Below are positions 1 through 9,823 of a DNA stretch of 32,000 nucleotides, one piece after another. The stretch covers positions 2,040,001 to 2,072,000 of the forward strand of contig NZ_LN831024.1 in the NCBI RefSeq assembly GCF_001457615.1. Reading direction: 5' to 3'. The DNA is from Pseudomonas aeruginosa (GTDB taxonomy: Bacteria > Pseudomonadota > Gammaproteobacteria > Pseudomonadales > Pseudomonadaceae). Under the pieces are notes generated by a model. That model saw only the letters and a list, made by a program, of their open reading frames with translations. It did no database searches and had not been told where the DNA came from. Position 1 is the stretch's first letter, and each line of letters opens with the position of its first letter. Both the position numbers and the translations under genes were made by a program.

Positions 1-603
1 GGTGATCAGCACCAGCACCCGGCTTTCCGCAGGCCGCTGGCGCAGGCGCTTGACCGCCAGGCCGATGGCGTCGCCGATCGCGGTGTTCTTGCCGGCGATG
101 CCGATCTGTGCCTCGTCCAGCCAGACCCGCACGGTGTGCCGGTCGAAGGTCAGCGGCGCCTGCAGGTAGGCCTGGCTGCCGAACAGGATCAGGCCGACGC
201 GGTCGCCACGACGGTCTTCGATGAAGTCGCCGAAGAGTTTCTTGATCAGTTCCAGGCGGCTGATCTCGTCTTCCTGCCAGCGCATGTCGCGGTAGTCCAT
301 GGAGCCGGAGACATCCACCGCGAGCAGCAGGTCGCGGCCGCTGGCGGGTAGCGGCAGGGGGTCGCCGACCCACTGCGGGCGGGCCGCGGCGAGCAGCAGG
401 AGGAACCAGAGCAGGGCGAAGCGCACCTGCTGCCGCCAGGCCGGCAGGCGTGCGCGGGCACGGCGTCCGGCGAGGCTTTCGAGTTCGTCGAGGAAGCTCA
501 CCTTGAGCGCCGCCTCGCCGCTGTCGGCGGCCGGCAGCACCAGGCGCAGCAGCCAGGGCAACGGGGCGAAGGCGAAGACCCAGGGCCAGGCGAACTCAAA
601 CAT
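1..603 (-). CDS. BatA-like von Willebrand factor type A (vWA) domain membrane protein, partial (C-terminus outside window)
   Basis: Minus-strand reading from ATG at 603: MFEFAWPWVFAFAPLPWLLRL...GRDLLLAVDVSGSMDYRDMRW...GDFIEDRRGDRVGLILFGSQAYLQAPLTFDRHTVRVWLDEAQIGIAGKNTAIGDAIGLA. Contains a MIDAS DxSxS motif. Sits downstream of MoxR/DUF58/DUF4381 genes. Confidence 0.9.
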   Translation of the reverse strand, partial: MFEFAWPWVFAFAPLPWLLRLVLPAADSGEAALKVSFLDELESLAGRRARARLPAWRQQVRFALLWFLLLLAAARPQWVGDPLPLPASGRDLLLAVDVSGSMDYRDMRWQEDEISRLELIKKLFGDFIEDRRGDRVGLILFGSQAYLQAPLTFDRHTVRVWLDEAQIGIAGKNTAIGDAIGLAVKRLRQRPAESRVLVLIT

Positions 604-1090
604 GCTTGCGAATCCAGGTGGCGACGGCGGCGTCGAGGCCGTCCACGGCCTTGTCGTCGAGGGTGCAGTCGGCGCGGTAGCCGCCTTCCACCAGGATCAT
701 CCAGCGGGTCAGGCCGGCGGCCGGGCAACGGTTGTCGAGGAACGCCAGCCAGGCGCGGCCGCTGAGGGCGTGGCTGCCGCTATCTGGCCAGCGCGCCCTG
801 CAGACCCGCTTGAGCAGGCCGTTGATGGCTTGCAGCCAGGGCCCGGCGGAAGCCCTGCCGTAGGGCTTGGCAAGCGCCGCCAGTTCGGCCAGGGCCGCTT
901 CGCGCAGCGGATCCAGCGGCGCTTCGCCGCGGGTGGCGATGGTGCGCCGCGGCAGGTGCCGGCGCAGTCGCCAGAGCCCCCAGCCGAGCAACGGCAGCAG
1001 GGCGGCCAGCAGCCACCAGCCGGGCGCTGGCGGCCACCAGCCGACGGGCAGGGGAGCGATCAGCGGTTCCAGCCGGTCGAGCGGATTCAT
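596..1090 (-). CDS. DUF4381 domain-containing protein
   Basis: 164 aa ORF, MNPLDRLEPLIAPLPVGWWPPAPGWWLLAALLPLLGWGLWRLRR...; single N-terminal TM segment. Position between DUF58 and BatA-like genes, with 8-bp and 4-bp overlaps. Confidence 0.85.
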   Translation of the reverse strand: MNPLDRLEPLIAPLPVGWWPPAPGWWLLAALLPLLGWGLWRLRRHLPRRTIATRGEAPLDPLREAALAELAALAKPYGRASAGPWLQAINGLLKRVCRARWPDSGSHALSGRAWLAFLDNRCPAAGLTRWMILVEGGYRADCTLDDKAVDGLDAAVATWIRKHV

Positions 1091-2025
1091 GCGCGATACC
1101 CCGGCTGGTGTTGTTCCAGCAGGTCCCGCAACTGCTCCACCAGGTCTTCCTGGGTCGACAGCGGCAGCAGCGGCACGCCCAGTCGCTGGGCCAGCCGCTG
1201 CCAGCGCGCGCGGCGCGCCTCGGCCTGTTCGCGATAGGCCTGGCGCAGCTCGTCGGCGTGGGTGTCCAGTTCGAGGTCGGCGGCGCCTTCGCGGAAGCGC
1301 AGCAGTCCGGCGGCGGGAAGGGCATGGTCGAGCGGGTCGGACAGCGGCAGCAGCACCAGGTCGGTATGGCGTGCGATCAGGCTGAGTTGCTGCTCGGCGA
1401 CGTCATTGAGTGTGCGCTCGTCGCACAGTACCAGGATCAGGCTGCCCGGGCGCAGCACTTCGCGGGCGCGGCGCAGGGCCAGGCCGAACAGTTCGCCAGG
1501 CCGCTCGGCCGGCGTCTCGCGCAGCTCGCGATTGGCCCGCAATAGCTGGTTGAACAGTTGCAGCAGGCTGTGCTTGCTGCGTCGCGGCTTGATTTCGTGG
1601 CAGTCGCGGTCGCTGAATACCAGGCCGCCGATACGGTCATTGTGGGCCAGCGCCGACCAGCCGATGAAGGCCGCCGCGCGTGCCGCCAGCACTGCCTTGA
1701 AGCACAGGCCGGAGCCGAAGAACAGGCGCTGGCTCTGTTCGACCAGGACGAACACCGGTCGCTCGCGTTCCTCGTGGAACAGCTTGGTGTGCGGCTCGCG
1801 GGTGCGCGCGGTGACGCGCCAGTCGATGGTCCGTACGTCGTCGCCGGGCTGGTAGATGCGCACCTGGTCGAAGTCCACGCCGCGTCCGCGCAGGCGCGAG
1901 TGATGCAGGCCGACCAGTGGGCTGCGGCGGTTCTGCGAGGAGAACAGGCGCGCTTCGTGGAGCCGGTGGCGCATTTCCAGAAGCTCGTCGAGGCCCAGTT
2001 CGACGCCCGGGGCGGCGCTCAGCAT
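1087..2025 (-). CDS. DUF58 domain-containing protein
   Basis: 312 aa ORF with the typical DUF58 segment VRIYQPGDDVRTIDWRVTARTREPHTKLFHEERERPVFVLVEQSQRLFFGS. Confidence 0.92.
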   Translation of the reverse strand: MLSAAPGVELGLDELLEMRHRLHEARLFSSQNRRSPLVGLHHSRLRGRGVDFDQVRIYQPGDDVRTIDWRVTARTREPHTKLFHEERERPVFVLVEQSQRLFFGSGLCFKAVLAARAAAFIGWSALAHNDRIGGLVFSDRDCHEIKPRRSKHSLLQLFNQLLRANRELRETPAERPGELFGLALRRAREVLRPGSLILVLCDERTLNDVAEQQLSLIARHTDLVLLPLSDPLDHALPAAGLLRFREGAADLELDTHADELRQAYREQAEARRARWQRLAQRLGVPLLPLSTQEDLVEQLRDLLEQHQPGYRA

Positions 2026-2035
2026 GGCGGCGGCC

Positions 2036-3016
<981 letters not shown>

Positions 3017-3356
3017 TGTCTGGACTACCGGTTCCAAGGCCTGCTGGGGTGTCGCTCGGTGGCGCACGGCGAGGCCGGCGCGGGCGGGCGGGGAGAAGGT
3101 TCCGCTCTGCGGCGGATGACGGCCCCCCGATCCCGCACATGTTAGCGCACGGCGACTGCCTAGCGTACTCTCCGACGCTCGTGCCGCGCCTATTCGTGAA
3201 CCCGCGCGGGTATGCCGGTGAAAAGCCTCCGCCTCTCGCCGTGACCTGCCTCGCGAAGCGCGGCGGATCGACGCGCCCGGGGAACTTCGCCGGCGCACGC
3301 GGGTCGGTTTCCGCGATGCGAACAGCGAATGGACAGAGCGTTTGTCAGGAGCGACA

Positions 3357-4127
3357 TTGCCGGGGCTTGCCCGGCGCAAGGGGGAGGGCCGCGCCCGGCG
3401 TGGGTGGCGGCGCTGGGTCGGCGGGCTGCTGTTGCTGCTCGGCGCGCTCGCCAGCGGATGTTCGAACGCGCCGCGCAACGCCGCCGGCGAGGACACCAGC
3501 CAGGGTTCGATGCGCGCCGGCGAATTCCTCCAGACCGATGCCGATCGCATGGCCACCCTGGCCATGCGCGACAACCTGCAAAGCCTCTACCAGTTGCTCT
3601 GGAAACTGTACAAGCGCAATCCCGCCGAATGGAAGAAGACCGGCCTGCCGAGCCAGGCCGACGCCGAGCTGGCGATCCGCCGGGCCATCGAGCAGAACCG
3701 CGAACTCAGCGACCTGGGCGGCCGCCGCGACATCGCCGCGCTGTCCTATTCCCTCGATCCGGCGTTCAGGGGCGACCGCGTCGGCGCCTTCATCTATTCC
3801 CTGGCCAGCATGCTGATCACCGCCCATGGCGGGCGTACCGAGTTCTACGTCTACCAGGGGATCGACGCGCAGTACGTCTACAACGCCGCGCGCAACGTCG
3901 AGGTCGCCACCTGGATGCTGGCTACCCGCAAGGACGACAAGGGCGCCCCGTTGCTGCTTTCCAACGCCCTCACCGACGACGCCAGCAACCTCAGCTACGC
4001 CCGCGAGTTCGCCAAGATCGTCGCGCGCCTGGACCTGCTCGCCGAGGTGCTCGGCGAACGCTACCGGCGGATCAGCGTGAACTACGCCCAGGGACTGCTG
4101 TTCATGCATTTCCTGCCGGTGCAGTGA
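3357..4127 (+). CDS. Putative lipoprotein, conserved hypothetical
   Basis: ORF track gives 3342..4127, 261 aa, from a TTG. The TTG at 3357 is preceded by AGGAG with better spacing. Signal peptide and lipobox: RRWVGGLLLLLGALASGC|SNA. Start is uncertain. Confidence 0.75.
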   Translation: MPGLARRKGEGRARRGWRRWVGGLLLLLGALASGCSNAPRNAAGEDTSQGSMRAGEFLQTDADRMATLAMRDNLQSLYQLLWKLYKRNPAEWKKTGLPSQADAELAIRRAIEQNRELSDLGGRRDIAALSYSLDPAFRGDRVGAFIYSLASMLITAHGGRTEFYVYQGIDAQYVYNAARNVEVATWMLATRKDDKGAPLLLSNALTDDASNLSYAREFAKIVARLDLLAEVLGERYRRISVNYAQGLLFMHFLPVQ

Positions 4128-4399
4128 GCCGATGCTCCCGGGGTGAACGAATATGTCGCAGCACGGTAAGTGTTTTGCCTTGCCGGCTCGTTAAGCTCTG
4201 TCGGATATGACCGGCGGGTCGCTCGCCGAAAAGGGCGGTTCCCGGTCAGCCTTTGCTGTGCGCCTGCCTGCCTGGATTAATGCTCAGCTTCTGCTGAACT
4301 TCATGGACGCAGCGAGGGTCGGTCCGAAGGTGCGTTGCTCGCGACCTTTCCCGCGAACCGCTCGCCTCCATGAAATAACAAGCCAAGCGGAGTACAACC

Positions 4400-7300
4400 A
4401 TGGCGTTCTTCACCGCGGCCAGCAAAGCCGATTTCCAGCATCAACTGCAGACGGCACTGGCGCAGCACCTCGGCGACAAGGCGTTACCACAAGTCACGCT
4501 GTTCGCCGAACAGTTCTTCAGCCTGATCTCCCTCGATGAACTGACCCAGCGTCGGCTTTCCGACCTGGTCGGTTGCACCCTTTCCGCCTGGCGCCTGCTG
4601 GAGCGCTTCGACCGCGACCAGCCCGAAGTCCGCGTATACAACCCCGACTACGAGAAGCACGGCTGGCAATCCACCCACACCGCGGTAGAAGTGCTGCACC
4701 CGGACCTGCCGTTCCTGGTCGACTCGGTGCGCATGGAACTGAACCGTCGCGGCTACAGCATCCATACCCTGCAGACCAACGTCCTCAGCGTGCGCCGCTC
4801 GGCCAAGGGCGAGCTGAAGGAAATCCTGCCCAAGGGTAGCCAGGGCAAGGACGTCAGCCAGGAATCGCTGATGTACCTGGAGATCGACCGTTGCGCCCAC
4901 GCCGGCGAACTGCGGGCGCTGGAGAAGGCCATCCTGGAAGTGCTCGGTGAAGTACGCGTGACCGTCGCCGACTTCGAACCGATGAAGGCCAAGGCCCGCG
5001 AACTGCTGACCTGGCTTGGCAAGGCCAAGCTGAAGGTGCCGGCGGAGGAACTGAAGGAAGTACGCAGCTATCTCGAATGGCTGCTGGACAACCACTTCAC
5101 CTTCCTCGGCTACGAGGAATTCAGCGTCGCCGACGAGGCCGACGGCGGGCGCATGGTCTACGACGAGAAATCCTTCCTCGGCCTGACCCGTCTGCTGCGT
5201 GCCGGCCTGAGCAAGGATGACCTGCACATCGAGGACTATGCCGTCGCCTACCTGCGCGAACCGGTCCTGCTGTCCTTCGCCAAGGCTGCCCATCCGAGCC
5301 GTGTGCACCGCCCGGCCTACCCGGACTACGTGTCGATCCGCGAGCTGGACGGCAAGGGCCGGGTGATCCGCGAGTGCCGCTTCATGGGCCTGTTCACCTC
5401 CTCGGTGTACAACGAGAGCGTCAACGACATCCCCTTCATCCGCGGCAAGGTCGCCGAAGTGATGCGGCGCTCCGGTTTCGACACCAAGGCCCACCTCGGC
5501 AAGGAACTGGCCCAGGTGCTGGAAGTACTGCCGCGCGACGACCTGTTCCAGACCCCGGTGGACGAGCTGTTCAGCACCGCCCTGGCGATCGTCCGCATCC
5601 AGGAGCGCAACAAGATCCGCGTGTTCCTGCGCAAGGACCCCTACGGTCGCTTCTGCTACTGCCTGGCCTACGTGCCGCGCGACGTGTATTCCACCGAGAC
5701 GCGCCTGAAGATCCAGCAGGTCCTGATGGAGCGCCTGCAGGCCAGCGACTGCGAGTTCTGGACCTTCTTCTCCGAGTCGGTGCTGGCCCGCGTGCAGTTC
5801 ATCCTCCGCGTCGACCCGAAGTCGCGCATCGACATCGACCCGGCGCGCCTGGAGGAAGAAGTGATCCAGGCCTGCCGTTCCTGGCAGGACGACTACAGCA
5901 GCCTGGTGGTGGAAAACCTCGGTGAGGCCAAGGGCACCAACGTCCTGGCCGACTTCCCGAAAGGCTTCCCGGCCGGCTACCGCGAGCGCTTCGCCCCGCA
6001 CTTCGCGGTGGTCGACCTGCAGCACCTGCTCAGCCTCTCCGAGCAGCGCCCGCTGGTGATGAGCTTCTACCAGCCGCTGGCGCAGGGCGAGCAGCAACTG
6101 CACTGCAAGCTGTACCACGCCGACACCCCGCTGGCCCTGTCCGACGTCCTGCCGATCCTGGAGAACCTCGGCCTGCGCGTGCTCGGCGAATTCCCCTACC
6201 GCCTGCGCCACCAGAACGGCCGTGAATACTGGATCCACGACTTCGCCTTCACCTACGCCGAAGGGCTGGACGTGGACATCCAGCAGCTCAACGAGATCCT
6301 CCAGGACGCCTTCGTCCACATCGTCAGCGGCGACGCCGAGAACGACGCCTTCAACCGCCTGGTGCTGACCGCCAACCTGCCGTGGCGCGACGTCGCCCTG
6401 CTGCGTGCCTACGCGCGTTACCTGAAGCAGATCCGCCTGGGCTTCGACCTCGGCTACATCGCCAGCGCGCTGAATGCTCACACCGACATCGCCCGCGAGC
6501 TGGTGCGGCTGTTCAAGACCCGCTTCTACCTGGCGCGCAAACTCACCGCGGAAGACCTGGAAGACAAGCAACAGAAGCTGGAGCAGGCGATCCTCGGCGC
6601 CCTCGACGAAGTCCAGGTGCTCAACGAGGACCGCATCCTGCGGCGCTACCTCGACCTGATCAAGGCGACCCTGCGGACCAACTTCTACCAGCCCGACGGC
6701 AACGGCCAGAACAAGAGCTACTTCAGCTTCAAGTTCAACCCGAAGGCCATTCCGGAGCTGCCCAGGCCGGTGCCCAAGTACGAGATCTTCGTCTACTCGC
6801 CGCGCGTCGAGGGCGTGCACCTGCGCGGCGGCAAGGTGGCTCGCGGCGGCTTGCGCTGGTCGGACCGCGAGGAAGACTTCCGCACCGAGGTGCTCGGCCT
6901 GGTCAAGGCCCAGCAGGTGAAGAACGCGGTGATCGTGCCGGTCGGCGCCAAGGGCGGCTTCGTCCCGCGCCGCCTGCCGCTTGGCGGTAGCCGCGACGAG
7001 ATCCAGGCCGAGGCGATCGCCTGCTACCGGATCTTCATTTCCGGCCTGCTCGATATCACCGACAACCTCAAGGAAGGCGAAGTGGTGCCGCCGGCCAACG
7101 TGGTCCGCCACGACGAGGACGATCCTTACCTGGTGGTCGCCGCGGACAAGGGCACGGCGACCTTCTCCGACATCGCCAACGGCATCGCCGCCGAGTACGG
7201 CTTCTGGCTCGGCGACGCCTTCGCCTCGGGCGGCTCCGCCGGCTACGACCACAAGGGCATGGGGATTACCGCCAAGGGCGCCTGGGTCAGCGTGCAACGG

Positions 7301-9262
7301 CACTTCCGCGAGCGCGGCATCGACGTGCAGAAGGACAACATCAGCGTCATCGGCATCGGCGACATGGCCGGCGACGTGTTCGGCAACGGCCTGCTGATGT
7401 CGGACAAGCTGCAACTGGTGGCCGCCTTCAACCACATGCATATCTTCATCGACCCGAACCCGGACGCCGCCAGCAGCTTCGTCGAGCGCCAGCGCCTGTT
7501 CAACCTGCCGCGTTCGAGCTGGGCCGACTACGACGCCAAGCTGATCTCCGCCGGCGGCGGGATCTTCCTGCGCAGCGCCAAGAGCATCGCCATCACCCCG
7601 GAAATGAAGGCGCGCTTCGACATCCAGGCCGACAGGCTGGCGCCCACCGAGCTGATCCATGCGCTGCTCAAGGCGCCGGTCGACCTGCTCTGGAACGGCG
7701 GGATCGGCACCTACGTGAAGTCGAGCAAGGAAACCCACGCCGATGTCGGCGACAAGGCCAACGACGGTCTGCGCGTCGACGGCCGCGAGCTGCGCGCGAA
7801 GGTGGTGGGCGAGGGCGGCAACCTGGGCATGACCCAACTGGCGCGGGTCGAGTTCGGCCTGCACGGCGGTGCCAACAACACCGACTTCATCGACAACGCC
7901 GGTGGCGTGGACTGCTCCGACCATGAGGTCAACATCAAGATCCTGCTCAACGAAGTGGTGCAGGCCGGCGACATGACCGAGAAGCAGCGCAACGCGCTGC
8001 TGGTGAAGATGACCGACGCGGTCGGCGCCCTGGTGCTGGGCAACAACTACAAGCAGACCCAGGCGCTGTCCCTGGCGCAACGTCGCGCCCGCGAGCGGAT
8101 CGCCGAGTACAAGCGGCTGATGGGCGACCTCGAGGCGCGTGGCAAGCTCGATCGCGCCCTGGAGTTCCTGCCTTCCGACGAGGAGCTGGCGGAACGCATC
8201 AGTGCCGGCCAGGGGCTGACCCGCGCCGAGCTGTCGGTGCTGATCTCCTACAGCAAGATCGACCTCAAGGAATCGCTGCTGAAATCGCTGGTGCCGGACG
8301 ACGACTACCTGACCCGCGACATGGAGACCGCCTTCCCGGCATTGCTGGCGGAGAAGTTCGGCGACGCCATGCGCCGCCATCGCCTGAAGCGCGAGATCGT
8401 CAGCACGCAGATCGCCAACGACCTGGTCAATCACATGGGCATCACCTTCGTGCAGCGCCTGAAGGAGTCCACCGGTATGAGCGCGGCCAACGTCGCCGGG
8501 GCCTACGTGATCGTCCGCGACGTGTTCCACCTGCCGCACTGGTTCCGCCAGATCGAGAACCTCGACTACCAGGTGCCCGCTGATATCCAGCTGACCCTGA
8601 TGGACGAACTGATGCGCCTCGGCCGCCGCGCCACCCGCTGGTTCCTCCGCAGCCGCCGCAACGAGCTGGACGCGGCGCGCGACGTGGCCCACTTCGGCCC
8701 GCGCATCGCCGCCCTCGGCCTGAAGCTCAACGAGCTGCTCGAAGGGCCGACCCGCGAGCTGTGGCAGGCGCGCTACCAGACCTACGTCGACGCCGGCGTA
8801 CCGGAACTGCTGGCACGCATGGTGGCCGGCACCAGCCACCTGTATACGCTGCTGCCGATCATCGAGGCGTCCGACGTGACCGGCCAGGACACCGCGGAAG
8901 TGGCCAAGGCCTATTTCGCCGTGGGCAGCGCGCTGGACCTTACCTGGTACCTGCAACAGATCACCAACCTGCCGGTGGAGAACAACTGGCAGGCGCTGGC
9001 CCGCGAGGCGTTCCGCGACGACCTCGACTGGCAGCAGCGGGCGATCACCGTCTCGGTGTTGCAGATGCAGGACGGACCGAAGGAGGTCGAGGCTCGCGTC
9101 GGCCTGTGGCTGGAACAGCACCTGCCGCTGGTCGAGCGCTGGCGGGCGATGCTGGTCGAACTGCGTGCCGCGTCGGGTACCGACTACGCCATGTACGCCG
9201 TGGCCAACCGCGAGCTGATGGACCTGGCGCAGAGCAGCCAGCACGGTGTCTGCATCCCCTGA
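4400..9262 (+). CDS. gdhB: NAD-dependent glutamate dehydrogenase, large (about 180 kDa) type
   Basis: 1620 aa ORF with typical L180-class GDH segments: VARGGLRWSDREEDFRTEVLGLVKAQQVKNAVIVPVGAKGGFV, IGIGDMAGDVFGNGLL, HIFIDPNPD, DLLWNGGIGTYVKSS. Confidence 0.96.
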   Translation: MAFFTAASKADFQHQLQTALAQHLGDKALPQVTLFAEQFFSLISLDELTQRRLSDLVGCTLSAWRLLERFDRDQPEVRVYNPDYEKHGWQSTHTAVEVLHPDLPFLVDSVRMELNRRGYSIHTLQTNVLSVRRSAKGELKEILPKGSQGKDVSQESLMYLEIDRCAHAGELRALEKAILEVLGEVRVTVADFEPMKAKARELLTWLGKAKLKVPAEELKEVRSYLEWLLDNHFTFLGYEEFSVADEADGGRMVYDEKSFLGLTRLLRAGLSKDDLHIEDYAVAYLREPVLLSFAKAAHPSRVHRPAYPDYVSIRELDGKGRVIRECRFMGLFTSSVYNESVNDIPFIRGKVAEVMRRSGFDTKAHLGKELAQVLEVLPRDDLFQTPVDELFSTALAIVRIQERNKIRVFLRKDPYGRFCYCLAYVPRDVYSTETRLKIQQVLMERLQASDCEFWTFFSESVLARVQFILRVDPKSRIDIDPARLEEEVIQACRSWQDDYSSLVVENLGEAKGTNVLADFPKGFPAGYRERFAPHFAVVDLQHLLSLSEQRPLVMSFYQPLAQGEQQLHCKLYHADTPLALSDVLPILENLGLRVLGEFPYRLRHQNGREYWIHDFAFTYAEGLDVDIQQLNEILQDAFVHIVSGDAENDAFNRLVLTANLPWRDVALLRAYARYLKQIRLGFDLGYIASALNAHTDIARELVRLFKTRFYLARKLTAEDLEDKQQKLEQAILGALDEVQVLNEDRILRRYLDLIKATLRTNFYQPDGNGQNKSYFSFKFNPKAIPELPRPVPKYEIFVYSPRVEGVHLRGGKVARGGLRWSDREEDFRTEVLGLVKAQQVKNAVIVPVGAKGGFVPRRLPLGGSRDEIQAEAIACYRIFISGLLDITDNLKEGEVVPPANVVRHDEDDPYLVVAADKGTATFSDIANGIAAEYGFWLGDAFASGGSAGYDHKGMGITAKGAWVSVQRHFRERGIDVQKDNISVIGIGDMAGDVFGNGLLMSDKLQLVAAFNHMHIFIDPNPDAASSFVERQRLFNLPRSSWADYDAKLISAGGGIFLRSAKSIAITPEMKARFDIQADRLAPTELIHALLKAPVDLLWNGGIGTYVKSSKETHADVGDKANDGLRVDGRELRAKVVGEGGNLGMTQLARVEFGLHGGANNTDFIDNAGGVDCSDHEVNIKILLNEVVQAGDMTEKQRNALLVKMTDAVGALVLGNNYKQTQALSLAQRRARERIAEYKRLMGDLEARGKLDRALEFLPSDEELAERISAGQGLTRAELSVLISYSKIDLKESLLKSLVPDDDYLTRDMETAFPALLAEKFGDAMRRHRLKREIVSTQIANDLVNHMGITFVQRLKESTGMSAANVAGAYVIVRDVFHLPHWFRQIENLDYQVPADIQLTLMDELMRLGRRATRWFLRSRRNELDAARDVAHFGPRIAALGLKLNELLEGPTRELWQARYQTYVDAGVPELLARMVAGTSHLYTLLPIIEASDVTGQDTAEVAKAYFAVGSALDLTWYLQQITNLPVENNWQALAREAFRDDLDWQQRAITVSVLQMQDGPKEVEARVGLWLEQHLPLVERWRAMLVELRAASGTDYAMYAVANRELMDLAQSSQHGVCIP

Positions 9263-9286
9263 TGCGAGCGGCCTGACGGCAAGCAA

Positions 9287-9313
9287 GAGCCCCGCCTGAG
9301 TGCGGGGCTCTTT
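9287..9313 (+). terminator. Rho-independent terminator downstream of gdhB
   Basis: GAGCCCCGC-ctgagt-GCGGGGCTC-TTT, perfect 9-bp stem, 25 bp after the gdhB stop. Confidence 0.85.
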
Positions 9314-9633
9314 CATTCTGGCGCGGCGAAAACCTGCGGTGCTTGCGGTGGCTGAGGCGCTGCGCGGCGACAAATGTCCGGCGCCCGGCGTTGGCCTGGA
9401 AAGGACAACCTGACTCACAGATTTAATAAATATTTAGTTATTAGAAAATCTATTCATGGGTTCATATGGATCTATGACTTCTCCGCTTCATATGCCTTGG
9501 CCGGGATCCTGTCGATCGCATAAACCCCCGGCAGCCCGTACTTCCTTCCCCGTCCGGTGAGTTTTCCGATGACGTCGCGGCGGTCACGCGGGAGGCAAGA
9601 GCAGGCAAAAGGACACCATGGCGCCATGTGCGC

Positions 9634-9647
9634 GCCTAAAAATTGAC
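9634..9647 (+). promoter_or_regulatory. FleQ box 1-like site in the pelA upstream region
   Basis: GCCTAAAAATTGAC; resembles the recalled FleQ site described upstream of pelA (consensus about GTCAnTAAATTGAC). Confidence 0.65.
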
Positions 9648-9683
9648 AGTTTCCGCTTAAAAATTTAGCAATTAGCATATTTA

Positions 9684-9697
9684 GTCATTAGATTGAC
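9684..9697 (+). promoter_or_regulatory. FleQ box 2-like site in the pelA upstream region
   Basis: GTCATTAGATTGAC, dyad-like GTCA...TGAC, close match to the FleQ-binding consensus; 50 bp downstream of the box 1-like site. Confidence 0.75.
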
Positions 9698-9823
9698 GTT
9701 AATCGCCTGCGGCTGCTTTGCCCGTGCCCGCACTGCCAGGGATTCGACGTTGCCACCGGAAACCGCATCCATGCTTCCGACCTGCCGCTTCGGTCGGTAT
9801 CGACCCTGCCGCGTAGGCTGGGC

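Noticed and set aside
4484-9418. 1644-aa ORF on the minus strand antisense to gdhB
   Set aside because: It shadows the gdhB codons in a GC-rich genome, with a composition rich in H/Q/V/A/G/L repeats typical of antisense artefacts; the sense strand encodes an unmistakable GDH.
9472-9678. 68-aa minus-strand ORF in the gdhB-pelA gap (MLIAKFLSGNCQFLGAHMAPW...)
   Set aside because: No good SD or recognisable domain, and it overlaps the FleQ-like region. It might be a remnant of a lost gene, but there is not enough support to call it.
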